From assembly GCA_963782275.1 (NCBI GenBank), contig CAWAJA010000004.1, forward strand, positions 108,746 to 172,745: a stretch of 64,000 nucleotides of DNA, in the 5' to 3' direction. The notes beneath the pieces were generated by a model. The model saw nothing but the letters and a program-made list of their open reading frames with translations. It was not told where the DNA came from and searched no databases. Source of the DNA: an uncultured Acidobacteriaceae bacterium. Lineage in GTDB: Bacteria > Acidobacteriota > Terriglobia > Terriglobales > Acidobacteriaceae. Below, piece after piece: positions 57,247-64,000 of this stretch; the stretch's first letter is position 1; the number at the start of each line of letters is the position of its first letter. The position numbers and the translations under genes were made by a program.

Positions 57247-57281
57247 GTAAATGAAATTCGACGCTGTGGCCCCATCGCGGC

Positions 57282-58376
57282 TCAAGCTGTCTGCGCCTTG
57301 GTGCAGATCGCGGTGATGACCTCGACGGCCTGCGCACACTGCTCGCGGTCCACGTCGAGGTGGGTCACGAATCGGATGAGTTTCGGACCGACTCCGTTCG
57401 CCAACACGTTCTGTTCGGCCAGCCTGCGCGATAACTCGTCTGAGGTCATGCCGGTGCCGCTGACGTCGCACATAAGGATATTCGTCTGCACTTTGCTGGG
57501 ATCGATCTTGATGCCGGGAATTTCCGCCAGCCCTTCGGCGAGGAAGCGCGCATTAGCGTGGTCCTGCTTCAGCTTCTGCGGCCCGTGTTCCAGAGCGATC
57601 AGGCCCGCCGCGGCAAGAATTCCTGCCTGCCGCATGCCTCCGCCGAGCGCTTTGCGATAGATGCGCCCGCGGTCGATCAGTTCCGCGCTGCCGACCAGCA
57701 ATGAACCCACGGGAGCGCCGAGTCCTTTCGACAGGCAGAACATTACGGTGTCAGCTTTCGCGGTCAGTTGAGCCACCGGAATTCCAAGCGCCACCGCAGC
57801 GTTAAATACGCGCGCGCCGTCGAGATGCACCGGCAGGCCAACTTCATGCGTGTTGTCGCAAACCTCGTCGAATATTGCCGGTGGTGTGACGGTCCCGCCG
57901 GCAATGTTGTGCGTGTTCTCCAGAGAAACCAGGCCGGTCTTCGCCGCGTGGTAGCTTTTGGTCTTCAGCTTCGACTTGACGTGCTCCCAGGTCAGGATGC
58001 CGTCTTCCGCCCACACCGTTCGCGGCACCACCCCTGAGAAGTGCGCCATCATCGCCATTTCGTAGTTGAACACGTGGCCACGTTCCTCGCAGATGACCTC
58101 CTGCCCATGTTGCGTGTGCAGCTTGATCGCGATCTGGTTGCCCATCGTCCCGCTGGGGACAAACAGCGCCGCCTGGCGTCCGAAGATCTCCGCGGCGCGC
58201 TTTTCCAGACGATTGATGGTCGGATCTTCGCCGTAGACGTCGTCGCCAACCTCGGCTTCGAACATGGCCTGGCGCATCTCGGGCGACGGCTTGGTCACCG
58301 TGTCGCTGCGCAGGTCAATCGCGGGCGCAGATTGTCTGCTGGCTTTGACCTCGGACTCGGGAGCGGAGGTGTACAT
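57282..58376 (-). CDS. ltaE: Low-specificity L-threonine aldolase
   Basis: Starts at MYTSAPE. It has IDLRSDTVTKPSPEMRQAM..AEVGDDVYGEDPT, SGTMGNQIA and ...FCLSKGLGAPVGS (PLP Lys). Confidence 0.85.
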   Translation of the reverse strand: MYTSAPESEVKASRQSAPAIDLRSDTVTKPSPEMRQAMFEAEVGDDVYGEDPTINRLEKRAAEIFGRQAALFVPSGTMGNQIAIKLHTQHGQEVICEERGHVFNYEMAMMAHFSGVVPRTVWAEDGILTWEHVKSKLKTKSYHAAKTGLVSLENTHNIAGGTVTPPAIFDEVCDNTHEVGLPVHLDGARVFNAAVALGIPVAQLTAKADTVMFCLSKGLGAPVGSLLVGSAELIDRGRIYRKALGGGMRQAGILAAAGLIALEHGPQKLKQDHANARFLAEGLAEIPGIKIDPSKVQTNILMCDVSGTGMTSDELSRRLAEQNVLANGVGPKLIRFVTHLDVDREQCAQAVEVITAICTKAQTA

Positions 58377-58386
58377 AAATGCTAGT

Positions 58387-59655
58387 CTATCGAATCTCCG
58401 TCGTTCCCTGCGGCTCTTGCAGGAAGCTGGCGAACACTTCATTCGACAAGAGCCTGCCTCTCGCAGTTAGTCGCAACTGCTCGCCATCGATCTCCAGCAA
58501 CCCGCTGGCGGCGAGATCGTCGATTGCGGGCTGGCAGCGGCCAACCACTTTGTCACCAAACTCTTGCTTCAGAGCGCGAAACGAAACGCCGCGATTCATT
58601 CGCAGGCCCAGGAAGAAAGACTCCTCCAACGCGGCCCTCGCGTCTACCAGCGTGCGTGAAGCCTGAAGCTGGCGCGTGCGCGAAGCCTCTGGATCCAGTT
58701 CGTTGGCCGCTGCCGAATATCCTTCCAGCGAGTCAGGAGTCGCGAAGCGCACCGCCTGCACTCCTTCCGCTCGCAGCACAGGGTCGGCCGGCAGCATCGA
58801 ATGCGCGTCCACTCCAAATCCGAGATAGGGCTGCCGCTTCCAGTATTTGAGATTGTGGCGCGAGTCCCAGAGGCCGACGCCGTGGGTGACCGGCCGAGCA
58901 AAATTGGATATCTCGTACTGACGGACTCCACCCTCTTCTAGCCGCTCGCACGCGGCAAGATAGAGGTCAGCGGTGAGATCGTCGTCGGGAACAAAATGCG
59001 CATGATAGCGGCTGCCGCCCGCCAGCAACTCGGTGCCGAGGCGCGAGTCCTCGTCCACTTCCAGCATATAGACGCTGGCGTGTGGCACGCCGGTCGCCAG
59101 CATTTCGGTGAGCGAAGACTGCCAGCTCTCTTCGGTTTGATGGGGTAAGCCGGCGATCAGGTCGAGGCTAATGTTTCCGATGCCGCTCGCCCTCAGGCGG
59201 GCGATGTCCGCCAGCGTGATGGCGCGGGTATGAAGACGACCGACCGACGAGCATTCCTGGTCTACGAACGACTGCACGCCAAGACTAACGCGATTCACGC
59301 TGCAATGAAGCAGCGCTTCCAGAATCTCGTCGGTGATGGTGCCCGGAGCGCATTCGACTGTGATCTCGGCTGCTCGCTCGACGTCAAAGTTGTCGCGGAG
59401 CACCCGAAACAAGCGTTGCAACTGATCTGTGGCGAGCACCGACGGCGTGCCTCCGCCGAGATAAATGGAATCCACGCAGCGTTCGAGATGGCCACTGAGT
59501 TCCAGCGCAATACGATCGGCAGCTTCGATCTCTGCGCAGACCTGCTCGACGTAACGGTCAAACAGCGTGCGCGAGAACACTCCGGAGGCAAAGTTGCAGA
59601 AGCTGCACTTGGTGCGGCAGAACGGTACCGAGACGTAAATTCCCAGGGGCATCAC
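58387..59655 (-). CDS. hemW: Radical SAM heme chaperone HemW (HemN-like, oxygen-independent coproporphyrinogen oxidase family)
   Basis: 422 aa with YVSVPFCRTKCSFCNF (CxxxCxxC), ...IYLGGGTPS and the C-terminal HemN_C-like LTARGRLLSNEVF. Confidence 0.9.
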   Translation of the reverse strand: MMPLGIYVSVPFCRTKCSFCNFASGVFSRTLFDRYVEQVCAEIEAADRIALELSGHLERCVDSIYLGGGTPSVLATDQLQRLFRVLRDNFDVERAAEITVECAPGTITDEILEALLHCSVNRVSLGVQSFVDQECSSVGRLHTRAITLADIARLRASGIGNISLDLIAGLPHQTEESWQSSLTEMLATGVPHASVYMLEVDEDSRLGTELLAGGSRYHAHFVPDDDLTADLYLAACERLEEGGVRQYEISNFARPVTHGVGLWDSRHNLKYWKRQPYLGFGVDAHSMLPADPVLRAEGVQAVRFATPDSLEGYSAAANELDPEASRTRQLQASRTLVDARAALEESFFLGLRMNRGVSFRALKQEFGDKVVGRCQPAIDDLAASGLLEIDGEQLRLTARGRLLSNEVFASFLQEPQGTTEIR

Positions 59656-59683
59656 ATTAGCCGAAGGCTTTTCCAGAGTAATA

Positions 59684-59827
59684 GATTAGCAACTGGCAGC
59701 TAGCGATTAGCAGCTAGCTGTTAATATCTGATACTCGCGATCGGCGCATGGCGTCGGCCGGGATCAGGAGCCCACGACCTCTGCTCGCCGGCCGTGACTA
59801 GTTGCCAGTCGCTAGTTGCTAATTGCT
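59684..59827. repeat. Imperfect inverted low-complexity repeats (ATTAGCAACT / CTAGCGA words) flanking the hemW-fabF spacer
   Basis: The left arm is attagcaactggcagctagcgattagcagctagc. The right arm is actagttgccagtcgctagttgctaattgct. They share words in inverted orientation. Confidence 0.3.
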
Positions 59828-61078
59828 ATGAAAAAGCGCGTCGTCATCACCGGAATGGGCGTGGTCAGCCCCAATGGAATAGGCAATGAAGCCTTCTGCC
59901 GCGCCGTTCTGGCTGGGGTCAGCGGGGTGAAGCGCGTCCGCAGCTTCGATCCCAGTGACTTGCCAGTACAGATTGCCGGCGAAGTGCAGGACTTCGACGA
60001 GCTCGCATGGGTCGACGCCCACGAGCGCAAGCACGTTTCGCGCGTCGTACCGCTTGCGCTGGCAGCGTCCACCGAGGCGCTGCGCGATGCCGGCATCGAA
60101 AGCTCACGACTTTCCCTGGAGCAGCAGCGTGAAATCGGCGTGCTGCTAGGCTCCGGCGGCGGCGCGCAGGAGTTCTCGGAAGAACAAGTGCGGCTGTGGC
60201 TACAAGGAAAGGTGAAACAAGTCAGCCTGTTCTGCATCCCAAGCGGCACCATGGGCACGCTCTCCAGCGAGATCAGCATGCGCTTTGGCCTGCGCGGCAT
60301 GAGCCACGTCATCACGACAGGCTGCACCTCATCCACCGACGCGTTCGGCTACGCGCTAAGGCAAATCCAGTTTGGCTTTCTGCCCATGATGCTGGTCGGT
60401 GGCGTCGACGCACCGATCGCGCCCGGAATCATGAAGGGCTTCACCCTGATGCGCATCATGACGGCTTCGTGGAACCATGCTCCGGAGCGCGGCTCGCGTC
60501 CCTTCTCGGTCGACCGCGATGGCTTCGTGGTGGCCGAGGGCGCGTGGATGTTTTTCCTGGAGGAGTACGAGCATGCCCGTGCGCGGGGAGTGCGGATCCT
60601 GGCCGAAGTCACAGGTTATGGCTCGACCTGTGAGGCTTTCCACCGTGTCCGCCTGCAGGAGTGCGGCGAGGAGCCGGCACGCGCCATTCAGATGGCCATG
60701 GAAGACGCTGGCATTGCGGCGTCGGATGTCAGCTACGTGAACCTGCACGGCACCTCGACACAGTTGAATGATCGCATCGAAACCCGCGCTCTGAAGTTGG
60801 CGCTGGGGGAGAAGGCATTTAAGACGCCGATGTCGAGCCTGAAGTCGCAGATTGGGCATCCGCAGGGAGCCTGTGGCGCAGCGGGGATTGCCGCCACACT
60901 GGTCGCCATGCAGCACGGGCAGATTCCGCCGACCATCAATCTGGAGGAACCCGACCCGGATTGCGATCTCGATTATGTGCCGGAAGCGGGACGGCTCGCC
61001 GCAATCGAACATGCGGTGTGTAATTGCATCGCCTTCGGCTCGAAGAACTCGGCGCTGGTGTTAAGGAAAGTGGGGTGA
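59828..61078 (+). CDS. fabF: Beta-ketoacyl-[ACP] synthase II
   Basis: Starts at MKKRVVITGMGVVSPNG. It has an active-site Cys (ITTGCTSSTDA), HGTSTQLND and GHPQGACG. There is no adjacent acpP or other fab genes. Confidence 0.9.
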   Translation: MKKRVVITGMGVVSPNGIGNEAFCRAVLAGVSGVKRVRSFDPSDLPVQIAGEVQDFDELAWVDAHERKHVSRVVPLALAASTEALRDAGIESSRLSLEQQREIGVLLGSGGGAQEFSEEQVRLWLQGKVKQVSLFCIPSGTMGTLSSEISMRFGLRGMSHVITTGCTSSTDAFGYALRQIQFGFLPMMLVGGVDAPIAPGIMKGFTLMRIMTASWNHAPERGSRPFSVDRDGFVVAEGAWMFFLEEYEHARARGVRILAEVTGYGSTCEAFHRVRLQECGEEPARAIQMAMEDAGIAASDVSYVNLHGTSTQLNDRIETRALKLALGEKAFKTPMSSLKSQIGHPQGACGAAGIAATLVAMQHGQIPPTINLEEPDPDCDLDYVPEAGRLAAIEHAVCNCIAFGSKNSALVLRKVG

Positions 61079-61140
61079 CCAGACGTACAAGCAAGTTGTC
61101 CGCTTGCCACCTTTGCTTTTGTTAGCACATCCAAGCCCGT

Positions 61141-61482
61141 ATGCCCCAGCAAACGATCGTGCGTAAGCTGCTCCTCTCCGCCGCTCTCGAAAACAAGGCC
61201 GTAACGTCGGTAGATGTACGGGAAATCACCTTTCAGCCCGGTCAGAAGACCGGAGTTCACAGACATCCGTGCCCGGTCTTTGGGTACATCGCTGAAGGGG
61301 AAGCCGTGCTGTAAGTCGAAGGGGAGCCGTCGCAGCACCTGCCGTCAGGTTCAGCTTTCTACGAACCAGCCGGAGCGGTTATCCGGCGTTTCGACAATGC
61401 CTCGTCGGAAAATAAAATGCGATTCATCGCCTGTTACCTGCTTGAGGGGAAACAAGACTTGATCGAGATGCTTCCGGAGTAA
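61141..61482 (+). pseudogene. Cupin-domain protein with an in-frame TAA
   Basis: MPQQTIVRKLLLSAALENKAVTSVDVREITFQPGQKTGVHRHPCPVFGYIAEGEAVL*VEGEPSQHLPSGSAFYEPAGAVIRRFDNAS...LPE. The TAA is at 61312-61314 and both halves are in the same frame. Confidence 0.65.
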
Positions 61483-61586
61483 CGAAGCTCCGGCTAGCTG
61501 GATTGCAGCAGCAAACTTTTCCATCCCTGTGTGCCGTGAACTCGTCTATATGATCTCAAGCGATTGTTTACAATCATTTCGGGGAC

Positions 61587-63542
61587 ATGGCTGGAATCCA
61601 CGAAGAGGAAGTACTAGGCAAGGCATACGACAGCAGGCTGATGAAGCGCCTGCTGACCTATCTGCACCCGTATCGGGTGCAGGTGGTGATCGCCCTGATT
61701 GCGATCGTACTGAAGGCGGGCGCCGACGTGCTCGGCCCCTATCTCACCAAAGTCGCGATCGACAAGTATCTCGCCAGCCACACTGAAGCTCATTCCCTGC
61801 TCGATGGCTTCCTCAGCCCGCGGCCGCTGACCGGCATCGCGCAGATTGCCGCCATGTATGTCGGCATCCTGCTGTTCAGCTTCCTGCTCGAGTTCACGCA
61901 GACCTACGTCATGCAGTGGACGGGGCAGAAGGTAATGTTCGATCTGCGCAGCGAAATCTTCCGCCACCTGCAACGGCTGCACATCGCGTTCTTCGACAAG
62001 AATCCGGTTGGCCGGCTGGTCACCCGCGTCACTAGTGACGTGGATGCCCTCAACGAAATGTTCACTGCGGGCGTGGTCTCGATCTTCGAAGATGTCTTCG
62101 TGCTACTCGGGATTCTGGTCATCATGCTGAACATGAACTGGCGGCTGGCGCTGATTACCTTCGCCGTGCTGCCGCTCATCTTCTATGCCACGTCCATCTT
62201 CCGCCGGAAAGTGCGTGACAGCTATCGTCGCATCCGCGTCGCCATTGCCAGGATCAATGCCTACCTGCAGGAGCACGTGACCGGCATCGTCGTGCTGCAG
62301 TTGTTCAACCGCGAGAAAAAGTCTTACGAGCGCTTTGAGAAGATCAACCGTACGCACATGGACGCGTTCAAAGACGCGATTATGGCGCACGCCGTGTACT
62401 ACCCGGTGGTGGAAGTACTCTCCGCGACCGCGATCGCCTGCGTGGTGTGGTTCGGCGGCAATCAGGTGATTCGCAACATGGTCACCCTCGGCGTGCTGGT
62501 TGCATTCATGCAGTACGCGCAGCGCTTCTTCCGGCCAATCCAGGACCTGAGCGAAAAGTACAACATCCTGCAGTCGGCGATGGCGTCCAGTGAACGCGTC
62601 TTCAAGCTACTCGACACTCCGGCCGAGATCGTGTCCCCTGCTACGCCCAAAGTGCCCGATGGACCGGGGCGGATCGAGTTTGACCACGTTTGGTTCGCCT
62701 ATCGCACCCTGGCCCAGGCAGCCGAAGAAGCGGCCAGCAAGGGCGAAAAACTGAAGGCGGTTGGCGGTGGCAATGGAAATCTTACGCAGGAATACGACTG
62801 GGTATTGCGCAACGTTTCGTTCACCATCGAACCCGGAGAGACGGTCGCGATCGTGGGCCACACCGGCGCCGGCAAAACGACCATTATCTCTCTGCTGTTG
62901 CGCTTCTATGACGTGCAACAGGGCGCGATCCGTATTGACGGCGTTGATATTCGCGACATGGACCTGATGGATCTGCGGCGGCGCTACGGTGTGGTGCTGC
63001 AGGATCCGTTTCTCTTCTCGGGAACCGTCGCCGGCAACATCCGGCTGGGCTCGCACTGGATTGCCGATCAGGAGGTCGAGAATGCCGCCGAGCAGGTCAA
63101 CGTGGCGGACTTCATTCGCTCGTTGCCCAGCGGCTTCGCAGAAGAGGTACGCGAGCGCGGCAGCACGCTTTCCACCGGGCAGAAACAGCTCATCTCGTTC
63201 GCCCGCGCCCTGGCGCACAACCCGAAGATCCTGATCCTTGACGAGGCTACTTCCAGCGTTGATACGGACACCGAGTTCCGGGTGCGCGAGGCCCTGACCC
63301 GTATGGTTGAGGGCCGAACCTCGATCATCATCGCGCACCGGCTGAGCACTATCCAGCGCGCCGACAAGATCATCGTCATGCACAAGGGTCAGGTGCGCGA
63401 GATTGGCACGCACCAGCAACTGTTGGCGCAGCACGGCATCTACTGGAAGCTGTACCAGCTACAGTACAAAGATCAGGAAATCCCCGCCGCGATGTTGGCA
63501 GGCGAGGTGACACCGAGCGTCGGCGTCTCGGCAGACGACTAA
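61587..63542 (+). CDS. ABC exporter, fused permease/ATPase (MsbA/ABCB-like)
   Basis: 651 aa with six TMS. Walker A is GHTGAGKTT, the signature is LSTGQKQL and Walker B is ILILDEATSSVD. Confidence 0.9.
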   Translation: MAGIHEEEVLGKAYDSRLMKRLLTYLHPYRVQVVIALIAIVLKAGADVLGPYLTKVAIDKYLASHTEAHSLLDGFLSPRPLTGIAQIAAMYVGILLFSFLLEFTQTYVMQWTGQKVMFDLRSEIFRHLQRLHIAFFDKNPVGRLVTRVTSDVDALNEMFTAGVVSIFEDVFVLLGILVIMLNMNWRLALITFAVLPLIFYATSIFRRKVRDSYRRIRVAIARINAYLQEHVTGIVVLQLFNREKKSYERFEKINRTHMDAFKDAIMAHAVYYPVVEVLSATAIACVVWFGGNQVIRNMVTLGVLVAFMQYAQRFFRPIQDLSEKYNILQSAMASSERVFKLLDTPAEIVSPATPKVPDGPGRIEFDHVWFAYRTLAQAAEEAASKGEKLKAVGGGNGNLTQEYDWVLRNVSFTIEPGETVAIVGHTGAGKTTIISLLLRFYDVQQGAIRIDGVDIRDMDLMDLRRRYGVVLQDPFLFSGTVAGNIRLGSHWIADQEVENAAEQVNVADFIRSLPSGFAEEVRERGSTLSTGQKQLISFARALAHNPKILILDEATSSVDTDTEFRVREALTRMVEGRTSIIIAHRLSTIQRADKIIVMHKGQVREIGTHQQLLAQHGIYWKLYQLQYKDQEIPAAMLAGEVTPSVGVSADD

Positions 63543-63548
63543 CTCACT

Positions 63549-63909
63549 ATGCCAGCGAAAACACCATCGGAAATCCACGCTCTTTTCCTCGACGCTTTCA
63601 ATCGGGCAGACCTTGAAGGTTTAGTGGCGCTCTACGAGCCAAACGCAGTGCTGTTCATCAGCGGTCAGCCTGCGGTTGGACGTGATGCGATCCGCGAGGC
63701 CTACCAGGGACTGCTAGCGGGTCGAGGTCAAATGGCGCTGGAAACCCGCTCCGTGGTCGAGTCCAGCGAAGGACTGGCGGTGCTGCACGCTGGCTGGACG
63801 CTTCAGAGCCTCGGGGTCCACGGTGAGCGGCATCAGCACCGAAGTCGTCCGGCGTCAACCCGACGGGACCTGGCTGTTCGTAATCGATGAGCCGCGCACG
63901 CCGGAGTAA
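63549..63909 (+). pseudogene. SnoaL-like / DUF4440 (NTF2-fold) protein, one +1 frame break
   Basis: IHALFLDAFNRADLEGLVALYEPNAVLF...GRDAIREAY... then, in the next frame, STVSGISTEVVRRQPDGTWLFVIDEPRTPE. The break is in a G run near 63815. Confidence 0.6.
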
Positions 63910-64000
63910 TCTCACTTCCACGCAACTCACTCTTATTTCCCGCTTGACCGCGGCATCGCCGAATGTTGCAATCCCGTTCTGCCACCTGAGGTGAACCGTG

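Noticed and set aside
1-64000. Programmed ribosomal frameshifting or stop-codon recoding (selenocysteine/pyrrolysine) as an explanation for the broken genes.
   Set aside because: The breaks occur in about 17 unrelated genes and at non-conserved positions. They lack slippery heptamers. They include both +1 and -1 events and all three stop codons. I saw no SECIS-like hairpin after the TGA at 37264. Sequence error or decay is far more parsimonious.
1-64000. tRNA, rRNA, tmRNA, RNase P RNA, transposase, integrase, toxin-antitoxin or known defence-system genes.
   Set aside because: No T-loop (GGTTCGAATCC-like) or rRNA-like sequence was seen in the intergenic regions. No ORF has transposase, recombinase, nuclease-helicase or TA-like signatures. 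This scan was visual only.

Overview
High-GC (hand counts of roughly 58-68% in most 60-nt lines) bacterial chromosomal window. It is densely coding and made up mostly of housekeeping and transport genes. Gene content and the intergenic repeat families suggest a soil Acidobacteriota-like organism, but that is an unverified inference.

Main blocks:
- rpsO; an Asp/Glu-racemase-family gene; an M13 peptidase; a YdiJ-like FAD/Fe-S oxidase.
- A livKHMGF branched-chain amino-acid ABC operon.
- A CpxP/Spy-like gene preceded by CpxR-type GTAAAG direct repeats.
- A DHA2 MFS exporter; an orphan B12-binding radical SAM gene; an acyl-CoA synthetase; an aldehyde dehydrogenase.
- DUF5995; STAS; an alkyltransferase-like (ATL) protein; fetAB-like exporter genes.
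- A lower-GC divergent pair: a wHTH-AAA regulator and a membrane-anchored PD40 beta-propeller protein.
- An ABC importer without a binding protein.
- A long co-directional locus of porin, porin, a 28-codon ORF and kdpFABC, with no kdpDE.
- The rpsP-KH-rimM-trmD-rplS operon.
- A PIG-L deacetylase; DUF4136; ICMT.
- A lower-GC glycan locus: a Tat-exported DUF2961/GH172 enzyme plus an 848-aa DUF4185-like secreted protein.
- DUF885, ribF, MBL hydrolase, DUF1844, ygfZ, aldo/keto reductase, ltaE, hemW, fabF, a cupin, an MsbA-like exporter and a SnoaL-like protein.

I found no rRNA, tRNA, CRISPR array, transposase, integrase or recognisable defence system.

The most important caveat is sequence quality. 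About 34 reading-frame breaks (mostly +1 insertions) and 3 in-frame stops interrupt 17 otherwise well-conserved genes. These include trmD, kdpA and kdpB. The breaks are clustered, and more than 15 kb of long neighbouring genes are intact. I read this as most likely local sequence error rather than biology. I therefore report those genes as full-span disrupted genes; the ORF-track fragments are named in the evidence fields.

The best leads for a second look are:
- the regulatory repeats: GTAAAG boxes at two loci, a perfect TGTGA-N6-TCACA site, and an 18-19 nt direct repeat between the regulator and the PD40 gene;
- the porin/small-ORF/kdp architecture;
- the GH172 plus DUF4185-like pair with its unusual C-terminal membrane-hairpin/Ig module;
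- several dispersed hairpin and MITE-like repeat families.

All 5' ends and frameshift positions were derived by hand and are approximate.
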